From: an uncultured Acidobacteriota bacterium
GTDB taxonomy: Bacteria > Acidobacteriota > Vicinamibacteria > Vicinamibacterales > 2-12-FULL-66-21
Direction of reading: 5' to 3'
Assembly: GCA_963784195.1 (NCBI GenBank)
Contig: CAWARA010000013.1
Location: 104,687-168,686 of the forward strand
DNA length: 64,000 nucleotides
Part shown: positions 47,128-58,616 of the stretch, one piece after another
How the letters are laid out: every line of letters starts with the position of its first letter
How positions within the stretch are numbered: the first letter of the stretch is position 1
Translations under genes and position numbers: made by a program
The notes under the pieces: model-generated
What the model saw: only the letters and a program-made list of their open reading frames with translations
The model's database searches: none
What the model was told of the DNA's origin: nothing

Positions 47128-47444
47128 GGGAGGGAGGGGACGGAGAGGACGGAACGAGCTTCAAAAACGGAGACACGGGGGAACGGAGACGCGCAGAGGT
47201 CGCGCCTGGTGAGCCGATGTCGCCGCGCGCGCGCGGCGAGCGATCGACCGATGCCCCGCGGACACAAGCCGCTCCACCCTTCGCATCCGGCTTGTGTCCG
47301 TGGGGCATCGGTCGATCGCCCGGCCCGGCCGACGGCCGGGCCGACATCGGCTGGTGAGGCGCCGCGCGTCTTCCGTTTTCCTCCGTTTCTCTGTGTCTCC
47401 GTTTTTGAAGCTCGTTCCGTTCCCTCCGTCCCTCCGTTCGGGGG
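47128..47444. repeat. ~320-bp nested-hairpin repeat, family 4, copy B
   Basis: Same architecture and orientation as copy A. The outer arms are gggagggaggggacggagaggacggaacgagcttcaaaaacggagac.. / ..gtctccgtttttgaagctcgttccgttccctccgtccctcc. The inner stem spans 47241-47318 with 1 mismatch. The hairpin ggcccggcc/gac/ggccgggcc is present. Confidence 0.85.
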
Positions 47445-47446
47445 TG

Positions 47447-48962
47447 CTATGGGTGCTTTGGCGCGATTTGACGACGAATGACACCGGGCTTGCCGTCGAT
47501 GTCACGGGTGCGCGTCAGGCCGAGGAGCTCGGTCATCAGGGGATAGACATCGACGTTCTGAACTTCAGAAATGACTGTGCCGGCACTGATATCTGGACCG
47601 GCAATGATGAAGAGCGCGAGCATGCCTTCGACGGCGGGATCCCAGCCGTGTGCGCCCCACCGTTCGACCTTGCGATCCGATGATGATGGGGCGGACGTCA
47701 TCATCGTCCATGATTCGTTCATGACGACGACGACGTCGCCGATGCGGGGGTCGGCGCGGTAGTGATAGCGCTCGGGGAGCTCCTCGCGGAGATAGGCGCG
47801 GCCATGCTGAAGACGCGCGTTGATCTGATTGCGCACCGTGACCGCGGTGGTTCGCCCTCCTGTCACGTGCAAATTCGCGACAGGACCGCCGAACGCGTAT
47901 TTGATCTGGCCTGAATCGATCAGTGAGTCGAGGCGAACGGTCTGGGACACGCCGGTTTCGATCATCCCGTGGTCTGACGTCAGGACGAGGTAGACGCGGT
48001 CACGAATCGGCAGCGACTCGATACCAGCCATCAGCAGGCCCAGCATCTGGTCGACCGTGGTGGCGGCCTGCGCGATCGCGGGCGAGTCCAGCGGTCCGCG
48101 GTGCGAGGCCGTGTCCACGTCGCTGAAATACAACGTGATGACATGCGGTCGCCGCTCTTCCGGCAGGCGGAGCCAGTCGAGCAGGGCGTCGACACGGGCG
48201 GCGTTCGGGACGTCCCCGTCATACGTCCTCCAGTGCGTCGGGCGGATGCCCTTGATGGCCGCCTCCGAACCGGGCCAGAAGTAACACGCGGCCACCATCC
48301 CCTGGCGCTCCGCCGTGACCCAGATGGGTTCGCCGCGATACCAGGTGCCGTCTTCCACCGCCGTTCGATCGCCCAGCGCATAGGTCTGAGCGCGCGCTGG
48401 ATCGTAGAAGGAGTTCGCGACGATCCCATGTCGCTGAGGGCGCAGGCCGGTCACGAGCGAGTAGTGATTGGGGAACGTCAGCGACGGGAACACCGGCACC
48501 ATTCCTCGTGCCCGCGCACCCCGCTGCATCACGCGCTGGAAGTTCGGCAACTGCGAATCTGTCGAGGTAATCCGCCCGAAAGCCGTCGAATGACACCAGA
48601 ATCAGATAGGGCTTGTCGCGCTGCTCCGGACGATTGATGCCGCCGCTTCCCGCAGCTGCCGCCGGCGCCGGGTCGCCAGGCAAGGCCGCGGGGCTGACGC
48701 GGCCGCCGCAGCCGCTGATGGCAACCACGAACGCCAATGCGAGAGCGCCGCGGATCCAGGGGGCACGGGACGCGGATTTTCGCGGATCTCCCTGGGGAGC
48801 ACGGGACGCGGATTTTCGCGGATCTTCCTTGGGGGCACGGGACGCGGATTTTCGCGGATCTTCCTTGGGGGCACGGGACACGGATTTTTGCGGATCTCGT
48901 TGGGCGTCACGGGACACGGATTTTTGCCGATTGCCTTTCAAGGGATTCCGACGTTGAGACAT
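47447..48962 (-). pseudogene. Nucleotide pyrophosphatase/phosphodiesterase (NPP, alkaline-phosphatase superfamily) lipoprotein, one frame change; repeat-containing 5' region
   Basis: ..WIRGALALAFVVAISGCGG contains a lipobox. ..KPYLILVSFDGFRADYLDRF is in one frame. LPNFQRVMQRGARARGMVPVFPSLTFPNHYSLVTG (catalytic Thr motif) ... runs to 47447 in another. The shift lies near 48551-48560. The only in-frame start upstream (48962) adds 67 aa made of 12-aa repeats, so the true start is unclear. Confidence 0.75.
48757..48945. repeat. Five tandem copies of a 36-bp unit
   Basis: CACGGGA(C/A)..GGATTTT(C/T)GC.. unit starts fall at 48764, 48800, 48836, 48872 and 48908, an exact 36-nt period. All six frames are open across it. 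Confidence 0.9.
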
Positions 48963-48980
48963 GTGGCGTCAATCTGCAGA

Positions 48981-49040
48981 GATCCGCGTCCCGTACCCCT
49001 TGGATCCGCGTCCCGTACCCCCCTGGATCCGCGTCCCGTA
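48981..49040. repeat. Three inverted partial copies (~23-nt period) of the 36-bp unit
   Basis: gatccgcgtcccgtacccc occurs at 48981, 49004 and 49026. It is the reverse complement of ggggcacgggacgcggatc in the tandem units. These copies lie across the putative start codon (48962) from the direct array. Confidence 0.8.
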
Positions 49041-49130
49041 ACGATTCGGGGGATTCGCGGCTGCGGGGCGCCAGTGTACCGCTGGCGGTGGCCGGTCCCC
49101 AAACCGGTAGAATCGGCATCGACATAAGGA

Positions 49131-51107
<1,977 letters not shown>

Positions 51108-51193
51108 CGGTCTAGACCTTCGGTGTCATAGGCGCTCGCAAACCCTTCGGCCATCGTCGAGCTTGTTACAAATTCGACGCCGGTCTTTCGGAA

Positions 51194-51598
51194 TTGATCG
51201 TTGCGAAAAGGGATGTGGCGGCAGTAGACTCGCTGATTGAGTTGCAGGAACAATCCCGAATTCTTCTAGTCGTCGATGATGAGGAACTGCGGACGCGGTA
51301 CGAGATGGTACTGCGCCTCTGCGGATTCCAACCGGTGTGGGTCAGCAGCTACGCGGCTCTCGATGAGTTGCCCGGCGACCTGACGGCTGCGTGTGTCTTC
51401 TCGGATCACCGGCCCGCGCGGGAGGCCATTTGCTCGCGCCTGCTGGCACAGGCCATACCGGTCGTGCGCATCGATCCATTCATCCGCCACGGACGCGAGC
51501 GCCTGCCGTTCGACGTGGTGCTGCCGGTCGCCAGTCCGGCCAGGCGGCTCATTACCGCGATCCATCACCTCGTGCCCAACGGCGCGCGGCCGTCCTAG
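51194..51598 (+). CDS. Possible stand-alone receiver (REC)-like domain protein, degenerate
   Basis: SRILLVVDDEELRTRYEMVLRLCGFQPV...AACVFSDHRP resembles the REC acidic pocket and phospho-acceptor Asp. The later conserved T/S and K are not obvious. The start is TTG/GTG and uncertain. Confidence 0.45.
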   Translation: MIVAKRDVAAVDSLIELQEQSRILLVVDDEELRTRYEMVLRLCGFQPVWVSSYAALDELPGDLTAACVFSDHRPAREAICSRLLAQAIPVVRIDPFIRHGRERLPFDVVLPVASPARRLITAIHHLVPNGARPS

Positions 51599-51601
51599 TC
51601 C

Positions 51602-54490
51602 TTAGCTTCCCAGCTTCGCCAGTTCGGTTTTCACGTCTCGAAGGAGCGCGAGGTCCTGATCTGCGCCGCTCCAGAACTCGAGAAACGCCTGATATTCGCG
51701 GCGCGCGGCGTCGCTATTGCCAGCCGCCGCCAGCGTGCGGGCCAGACCGACGCGCGACAGCGGTTTGTTCAGAGCGAAAGGAAACGGATTCGCTCTTGTC
51801 AGGACCGCACGATAGTCGCGTTCCGCTTCGGCCAGCTGCTTCAGTGCCCGGTGCGCTTCCGCCCGCGTGTAAAGCGCATTCGCGATCATCGACTGGTTGC
51901 CGTCAGTAGCCAGGTCTTTGAGGCGATCGATCGCCTCCTGCGGCCGGCCACGGCTGATCGCCAGCACCGCTTCGAAGGTCTGGACGAGCGAGGCACGAAT
52001 CGCGTCGGGAATCGAGCCGGGCGGAATCTCACCAAAGTGCCGTCGGGCCTTCGTTTCGTCACCGAGTGCTGCGAAACAAAACGCGAGGTTGGCGGCAATG
52101 TCGAGAGTGGTCTGGGTCACGGCCGCTGCCTGCGATCGCGCCACCGCGGTTTCGCCGAGAAAAGCCGACGTGTTCGCCTGAGACGAGAGGACGAATCCCA
52201 CGCGCTCGTTCGATCCCTCCTGCTCGAGGAGCTTCACGAGCCGCGCGGTGAGCTGGCGGGACTCGCGGAGGCGACCGTAATAGGCCATCTCGTCGGCGCG
52301 CCTGCCGAGGAACGTGGAAGCGGCCGAACTGTTCTCGAGGATGGCCGCGAGCCGATCGGTTGAAGTCCGATCGCCTTTGCGCGCCGCGATGTCGTAGAGC
52401 CGCGCATGAGTCTCGGGTGTTTCGCCGAGCACCTTGACCTGGCGCTCGACCATCGCCTGGGCCTTGTCGAGCTGGCCCGTGTCGATATACGTGCCGATGA
52501 CGTTGGTGTAGGCGAGGCGGAGCGTGGGCTCGAGCTCCAGCGCCTTCAGGAACGCTTCGAGCGCCTTGTCGGTTTCACCGCGGTTTGCGTAGAGGCGGCC
52601 GCTGTTGACGTACGGTACCGCATCCCGCGGATAGGCCTGCTTCCAGATGTCGTAGGTCTCGAGGGCCTTGCTGATATCCCGGGCCACACCGTTGTGGTAG
52701 TGGGCGGTAATGTACAACCGCTCGCGCTCGCTGACCCGTTCGCGCAGCTCGTAAGCCCGGGTGCGATGCTCGATGGCCCGGGCCCCTTGACCGATATTTA
52801 CATAGACCGTTCCCAGACGCGCGTGGGCCAGAGCAAACTCCGGATCAAGCTCGATGGCCCGGCGGAAGAAAGGGACGGCTTCCTGATCGCTGGTGTTGCG
52901 CTTTTCATCGCCGAGACTGAACGCCTTCAGCGCCTCGAGCGAGGAGGTGGTGGCCTGCTCGATCGGCCGATCGTTCCTGTCGATCGAGGCCAGCGACTCG
53001 CCGAGTTTCCGGCGCATCGACGTGACCGCAGTGCCCAATGCCGTCAGCACCTGGTCCTTGCCGGCCGCCGTGGCCTGTTCCCGCGCCAGCACGTCGCCGG
53101 TCTGGCAGTTTTCAGCGCGCAGCGTCACGACGTAGGTGTTTCCGAGCGATGCGATGTCGCCGAGCAGCGAGGCCTTGATCCCCTGGCGCTGGCAGATCTC
53201 CTTGGCGACCGGCGCGGTTACCGGCGTGTCGGCCGGCCGGTTCATGTAGGCTAGCGTCTCGCGCACGCGCTGGTCGGACACCACATTCAGAAACGGCGAC
53301 TCTTCGAGTTTGACCGCGAGTGCCTGCTTGAGGGTGCCGTCGAACACGGCGTCGCCGGTCGTGTTGTTGAAGTCGGCGAGCAGGATCGCGTCGGCTTCGC
53401 CGAGTGCCTGGCTCGGGCCCCGAAGCTGCCACCACGCGATCCCGGCGGCGACGAGCACGGCCGCCGCGATCGAGAGCCACCGCGCGCTGGCAAATGCACG
53501 GCCCGGCGCCGTCGCAGGTTGGACAGGAATCGAAGGCCGGGTCGCCACCGACGGCCATTGTGTGCTGCTTGCCGGCGCGACGGCGGCGGTCGTCGCGAGC
53601 ATCCCGCCCGACTCGGTCCGTTTCTTCAGGTTGCGCAGGTCGGCTGCTAACTCTCCGGCGCCCTGATAGCGCTGGTCGCGATCTTTCTCGATCGATCTGG
53701 CAATGATCCGCTCGAGGTCTGGCGGCACGTCGGAGTTGATGGACGATGGCGCAACCGGCGTCCGGTTCAGGATGCCGTCGAAGATCACCGCCGTCGTGTC
53801 GCCGGAGAACGCCTGACGGCCGGTGACCATCTCGTAGAGGACCAGCCCCAGCGAGAACACATCGCTTCGACCGTCGATGTCCTGGCCGCGCGCCTGTTCC
53901 GGCGACATGTACGCCACGGTTCCCAACGTGGAACCGGCTATCGTCAGGTTTCCACTGTCGGCCGTCGTCGCCGCATCAGGCCTGACGGCGGTGGCGTTGG
54001 CGGATTTGGCCAGCCCGAAGTCGAGCACCTTCGCCATGCCCGCGGCAGTCACGAAGATGTTCGCCGGCTTGATGTCGCGGTGGACGATGGCCTTGGTGTT
54101 GGCGGCTTCGAGAGCTGACGCGATCTGCAGCCCGAGGTCGATCGAGTGGCCGATGGGCATCGGCCGGCCGGAGATCTCGTCTGCCAGCGTACGCCCCTCG
54201 AGCAACTCCATGGCGATGAAGGGCCGGCCTTCGTGGTCGCCGATTTCGTAGATCGTGCAGATGTGCGGATGGTTGAGCGCGGCCGCCGACCGCGCTTCGC
54301 GTGTAAATCGGTCGAGCACGTCGCTGAGCGCAGGGAAGCTGTCGGGCAGGAACTTGAGCGCGACCTCCCGACCGAGCTTCAGGTCGGTGGCGCGATAGAC
54401 CACGCCCATCCCACCGCGCCCGAGCTGTTCGATGACCTGGTAGTGAGAGATCGTGGCGCCGATCATGGACAGTCGATCATACTCGGACAC
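51602..54490 (-). CDS. Ser/Thr protein kinase - TM - TPR protein
   Basis: 962-aa intact ORF. Kinase motifs are GRGGMGVVYRATD, HRDIKPANIF, DFGLAKS and GTVAYMSPEQ. It has one TM, a periplasmic-type domain (ILLADFNNTTGD) and many TPRs. Confidence 0.9.
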   Translation of the reverse strand: MSEYDRLSMIGATISHYQVIEQLGRGGMGVVYRATDLKLGREVALKFLPDSFPALSDVLDRFTREARSAAALNHPHICTIYEIGDHEGRPFIAMELLEGRTLADEISGRPMPIGHSIDLGLQIASALEAANTKAIVHRDIKPANIFVTAAGMAKVLDFGLAKSANATAVRPDAATTADSGNLTIAGSTLGTVAYMSPEQARGQDIDGRSDVFSLGLVLYEMVTGRQAFSGDTTAVIFDGILNRTPVAPSSINSDVPPDLERIIARSIEKDRDQRYQGAGELAADLRNLKKRTESGGMLATTAAVAPASSTQWPSVATRPSIPVQPATAPGRAFASARWLSIAAAVLVAAGIAWWQLRGPSQALGEADAILLADFNNTTGDAVFDGTLKQALAVKLEESPFLNVVSDQRVRETLAYMNRPADTPVTAPVAKEICQRQGIKASLLGDIASLGNTYVVTLRAENCQTGDVLAREQATAAGKDQVLTALGTAVTSMRRKLGESLASIDRNDRPIEQATTSSLEALKAFSLGDEKRNTSDQEAVPFFRRAIELDPEFALAHARLGTVYVNIGQGARAIEHRTRAYELRERVSERERLYITAHYHNGVARDISKALETYDIWKQAYPRDAVPYVNSGRLYANRGETDKALEAFLKALELEPTLRLAYTNVIGTYIDTGQLDKAQAMVERQVKVLGETPETHARLYDIAARKGDRTSTDRLAAILENSSAASTFLGRRADEMAYYGRLRESRQLTARLVKLLEQEGSNERVGFVLSSQANTSAFLGETAVARSQAAAVTQTTLDIAANLAFCFAALGDETKARRHFGEIPPGSIPDAIRASLVQTFEAVLAISRGRPQEAIDRLKDLATDGNQSMIANALYTRAEAHRALKQLAEAERDYRAVLTRANPFPFALNKPLSRVGLARTLAAAGNSDAARREYQAFLEFWSGADQDLALLRDVKTELAKLGS

Positions 54491-54581
54491 CAGCAGCGCG
54501 CCGCTTCAGCGGCGCGCCAGCCGCCCGCGAACGTTGCGTCGCAGTGGCAGCCGCGCGGCTAAAGCCGCGCGCTGCTGGTAA

Positions 54582-57500
54582 TCAGAACAAGAACTTCACG
54601 GCCAGCTGCACCTGGCGTGGATCCCCGACGCCGACACGCAGGAAGCCGTTGAAGTCGAACAGCGCCGGCGTGCTCAGCGGGTTGATGTTGTTCTCGTTGT
54701 TGAACGTGTTGAACATCTCGAGGATCGGCATCAGCTCGTACCGTCCGCCGCCCAACCTGAAGGGCCGCTGGATGCGCCAGTCGAAGGAGAAGAACTTGTT
54801 GTCCTTCCGTTCGCCGTTGCGGCCGCGATCTTCGCCGTTGAGCACACGCGGGTCGATGGTGATCGGCTGCGCGCTGCGGGCCTGCACCCGCGTGTTGAGC
54901 TGGATGCCGTAGCGCATACCGAAGTAGCCGAACGCGTTGAACTTGTGACGGATGTCACGATCGGACGGCCCCCAGTCGCTATCGAGATCAAAGAAGTTGA
55001 GGCTGCGATCCGTGAACGGGTCGCGCTCGTTCGAGTCGTTGTCCTCGTCCTTTGCGAGCACGTAGTTGGCTTCCAGCTGATACCCGTTGGCGTAACGCTT
55101 GCGGATGCCGAGGGTCAATCCACGATAGCGTGACTCGCCGAGGCTGTTCGCCACCATGACTTCGTCGAGCTGCGGGCCCCACGGCCTGGTGTACACGAAC
55201 CTGTTGCCGGTTTGCGTGACGGTCGAGACATCGCAGCACACCGGGTTGGCGCGGTTGAAGTCGAGGAATCTGGTCAGGTTGGTGCCTTCGGCCCATGTGA
55301 AGTCGGCGTATCCTGACCAATCCGGCGCGAACTCCTGCTCGTAGCCCACGTTGTACGTGTAGATGCGCGGGTTCTTGTAGTCCCTGTGGAACACGCGCAC
55401 GCCGCTGAAGAGCGGGAACTCGCCCGGAGCCACGGGCGCTGGGGTCAGGACTCCCGGCCAGGCCGGCGTCGGCGCACCGAAACTCGTGAAGTTGGCGGTG
55501 TTGGCGAACAGCGTCTGCTGCTGAAGGCCGTTCGTCGTCACCGACCCCACCTGCGAAAGCATGTTCTGGCGCGCCGAGTAGATGCCGGCGCTCGCGCGCA
55601 GCACGGAACGTCCGTCGCTCTTGAGGTCCCACGCCACACCGCCCCTCGGCTGGAACATCGCCAATTGGTCGGGGATGGTGCCATCGGACGGGAAGGTGGG
55701 GTCGTCGAGGAACGACCCGTACACCGTCGTTCTGGGATCGACGGTCTCCGGCATGAGCTGAGCGTCCCAGCGCAGGCCGTAGTTGATCGTCAGGTTGTTG
55801 CGCGGCTGCCACTGGTCCTGGACGAACAGCGAGAACTCGTCGTTGGTGATGTTGGAGGCGCCGGTGGCGTCCGTCGCCAGCCCGTCGAGCGCCGCACCCT
55901 GCAGATACAGCAGGAGCGGTCCGCCATTGGGGGTCATGCCGGCCGGACAGGCGTTGCCCGTGACGTACGAGCTGCTCGTGGCGTTGGAGCACGCGACGGT
56001 CGTCGGTCCGAAACCTCCCGGCGCTGACGGCGACGCGTAGCGCAGGAAGCCTGACACGCTGTCGAACAGATAGCGGCCGGTGAAGAATCCACGGAAGATC
56101 TGATCGTTGAGCGTGTGCATCCACTCGCCGCCGACCTTGATCGTGTGCGAGCCCTTGACGATCGAGACGTTGTCCTTGAATTGCGTGCGCCAGATCAGCT
56201 CGTCGACGTTTGGCTGCAGGAAGAAGGGATTGCCGAAACGGAACGTGGGCACGAAGCCGATTCCGGTATCCGCCGCGAGATTCGAAGGCACCGCGGTGCG
56301 TGGCCGCTTTTCGCGCGAATACGTGAAGTGCGCCTCGTTGAGCATCCGGGACGACAGCGTCGTGAACCAGTTCAGGTTGGCAATGTTGATCCGGGCAGGA
56401 TCGCCCTCGATGCCGTTCGCCGACGTGCCGTACGTGGCGACGTCGAACGTCTCGTTCTCCTTGCGCGAGTGGTTGAAGTTATACGATCCCGACACGTTGT
56501 TGTTCGCATTGGCGACGACATCGACCTTGCCAAGCAGGGCCACGGTCTCCACCGGATGTCTGATCGGCAGCGACTCATCCTGTCCGATTCTCGTGCTCAT
56601 GAAATTCAGCAGCGCGACCCGCTGGCAGTCGGCGTTGCCGTTGATCAGCGCTTCGTTACTCTGCACCGTGGGATTCGACACCGGACAGGCGGTGTCGCCC
56701 AGCTGGCTGCCGAGATTTGGCCGCTCGAAATTGCCGTTGATCCCTTCGAGCGCGAGGAAGGCAAACGCCTTGTCCTTCTTGATCGGGCCGCCAAACGTGC
56801 CGCCCCACTGCTCGCGATGGAAGCCCTCGAGGTTCGTGCCGTCCGAGAGCTCACCGGTCAATTCCTCCATACGCTGGAAGTAAAACACGCTGCCATGTGG
56901 CGTGTTGGTGCCGGACTTGGTGATGACGTTCACGACGCCACCGGCCGTGCGGCCGAACTCCGCCGGCGCACCTGTCGCGATCACCTGGAACTCCTTGACC
57001 GCTTCGAGCGTGATGTCGATCGCCGCGCGCTGGCCGCCTGCCTGCTCGCCGAAGAAGCCGTTGTTGTAGTCGCCGCCGTCCAGGCTGATGTTGTTGAAGA
57101 TGCCGCGCTGGCCGGCAAACGTGATCTCGTCGCCGTCAGGGCCCTGCACGACGCTCACGCCAGGGGTCAGCGTCAGCAGGTCCTCGAACTTCCTCCCCAG
57201 GATCGGCGTCGTCTCGACCGTCAGCTGGTTCAGCGTGTTCGCCGACGCGGTGCGCGTCGATTCGACCACGCTGGGCGACGTGGTGACCGTCACTGTTTCA
57301 GCCACACCCGACGGCTTCATGACGACCGGCAGCGTGACCGACTGGCCGACGGTCAGCTGCACGTTCTCCTGCACGACCGAGGCGAAACCGGTGAGCGTGA
57401 TCGTCAGCCGGTAGTTGCCGGGAGGTAGCTGCAGGAAGATGAACCGGCCGTCTCCTTCCGTGACCTGCGTTCGAATCTGGTTGGTGTCTATGTTCCGCGC

Positions 57501-57644
57501 CTCGATGGTGACCCCGGGAATGCTGGCGCCTGTGGTATCCGCAACAGTTCCCTGGATGACGCCTGTGGTGATCTGCGTTTGTGCGGTGGTGACGACCGGA
57601 AGTGCGAGGGCGACGAGTAGGGCGAGCACGAGCCGTGTTCGCAT
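54582..57644 (-). CDS. Carboxypeptidase-regulatory-like domain / TonB-dependent receptor-like outer-membrane protein
   Basis: AAGGAG RBS before ATG 57644 (MRTRLVLALLVALALPVVTTAQ). GTVADTTGASIPGVTIEARN...FIFLQLPPGNYRL is the CarboxypepD_reg pattern. The barrel ends ..QVQLAVKFLF. Confidence 0.9.
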   Translation of the reverse strand: MRTRLVLALLVALALPVVTTAQTQITTGVIQGTVADTTGASIPGVTIEARNIDTNQIRTQVTEGDGRFIFLQLPPGNYRLTITLTGFASVVQENVQLTVGQSVTLPVVMKPSGVAETVTVTTSPSVVESTRTASANTLNQLTVETTPILGRKFEDLLTLTPGVSVVQGPDGDEITFAGQRGIFNNISLDGGDYNNGFFGEQAGGQRAAIDITLEAVKEFQVIATGAPAEFGRTAGGVVNVITKSGTNTPHGSVFYFQRMEELTGELSDGTNLEGFHREQWGGTFGGPIKKDKAFAFLALEGINGNFERPNLGSQLGDTACPVSNPTVQSNEALINGNADCQRVALLNFMSTRIGQDESLPIRHPVETVALLGKVDVVANANNNVSGSYNFNHSRKENETFDVATYGTSANGIEGDPARINIANLNWFTTLSSRMLNEAHFTYSREKRPRTAVPSNLAADTGIGFVPTFRFGNPFFLQPNVDELIWRTQFKDNVSIVKGSHTIKVGGEWMHTLNDQIFRGFFTGRYLFDSVSGFLRYASPSAPGGFGPTTVACSNATSSSYVTGNACPAGMTPNGGPLLLYLQGAALDGLATDATGASNITNDEFSLFVQDQWQPRNNLTINYGLRWDAQLMPETVDPRTTVYGSFLDDPTFPSDGTIPDQLAMFQPRGGVAWDLKSDGRSVLRASAGIYSARQNMLSQVGSVTTNGLQQQTLFANTANFTSFGAPTPAWPGVLTPAPVAPGEFPLFSGVRVFHRDYKNPRIYTYNVGYEQEFAPDWSGYADFTWAEGTNLTRFLDFNRANPVCCDVSTVTQTGNRFVYTRPWGPQLDEVMVANSLGESRYRGLTLGIRKRYANGYQLEANYVLAKDEDNDSNERDPFTDRSLNFFDLDSDWGPSDRDIRHKFNAFGYFGMRYGIQLNTRVQARSAQPITIDPRVLNGEDRGRNGERKDNKFFSFDWRIQRPFRLGGGRYELMPILEMFNTFNNENNINPLSTPALFDFNGFLRVGVGDPRQVQLAVKFLF

Positions 57645-57797
57645 CGCGAGGCTCCTTGAGAGCGGGCAGCGCCCGCGAACCAAATTAGAGACATGAGCGA
57701 GCGCCGCCGTAGCGGGGACGCGAACTCGTGGACTGTCCGTGGACGGTCCACTGCGTGCAGCGCAGCGGAGCCCTTGTAATTGAGACCGTCGGGCAGC

Positions 57798-58523
57798 TTA
57801 CACCGCGCCCGTAGTGGTTTCAAGACGCTGGAGGAGTACCGGAAGTTCACGAAATTGCGCAACCTGGTGGCAGCGCGCGTTGCGCATGGTGGCCGACATC
57901 GCCTCGGGCGAGATGCGCTCGTGCACCCAGGACAGTTCGTAAGGGATGTATACCGCGTGTGCACCGGCCTCGAGCGCTGGAAGGATGTCTGAACGCAGCG
58001 AGTTACCGACCATGACGAATCGATGCGGCTGCACGCCATGGCGGGCGATCAGATTGCGGTAGATCCGTTCGTCCTTCTCCGATACCACTTCGAGGCCCTT
58101 GAAAAGGTGTCCGAGCCCGGAGCTGGCCAGCTTCGTTTCCTGGTGCAACAGGTCACCCTTGGTGACCAGAATCAGCGGATAGACGGCCGCAAGCTCCTCG
58201 GCCGCTTCGCGAACGCCTTCGAGCAGTTCGACGGGGGACAGGAGCATCTCGCGCCCCCACTCGATGATCCGGCTTACATCCGCCGTCCCGAGACGGCCAT
58301 CGGTCATCTCGATCGCCGATTCGATCAGCGAGAGTACGAAGCCTTTGACGCCGTAGCCGAAATGCCGCAGGTTACGAAGCTCGACCTCGTACAGGCGGTC
58401 GTCCAGGACACCCGCCGGTTCGTACTTCGCCAGCAGCTGGCGAAATTGCTCCCGCGTCGTCGTATACAGCGGCTCGTTGTGCCAGAGCGTGTCATCCGCG
58501 TCGAGAGCGACGAGCTCGATCAT
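57798..58523 (-). CDS. HAD-superfamily hydrolase
   Basis: 241-aa ORF. VALDADDTLW is HAD motif I (DxDxT), followed by LILVTKGD and MVGNSLRSDI motifs. Confidence 0.85.
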   Translation of the reverse strand: MIELVALDADDTLWHNEPLYTTTREQFRQLLAKYEPAGVLDDRLYEVELRNLRHFGYGVKGFVLSLIESAIEMTDGRLGTADVSRIIEWGREMLLSPVELLEGVREAAEELAAVYPLILVTKGDLLHQETKLASSGLGHLFKGLEVVSEKDERIYRNLIARHGVQPHRFVMVGNSLRSDILPALEAGAHAVYIPYELSWVHERISPEAMSATMRNARCHQVAQFRELPVLLQRLETTTGAV

Positions 58524-58536
58524 GGGGACAGCGTAC

Positions 58537-58611
58537 CACGTGCGTACGTGCGGACGTGCGATGTGCGACGTGCGACGTGCGACGTGCGGACGTGCGGACG
58601 TGCTACGTGCC
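58537..58611. repeat. Heptamer/octamer microsatellite (ACGTGCG x ~10), family 2, copy 2
   Basis: The units acgtgcg, tacgtgcgg, acgtgcg, atgtgcg, acgtgcg, acgtgcg, acgtgcgg, acgtgcgg, acgtgct and acgtgcc fill the gap between the response-regulator stop and the HAD start. Confidence 0.85.
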
Positions 58612-58616
58612 GAGAA

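Noticed and set aside
48757-48945. 36-bp repeat array considered as a CRISPR
   Set aside because: The units are contiguous with no unique spacers. There are only five copies, no cas genes are nearby, and the array overlaps the 5' region of a gene.
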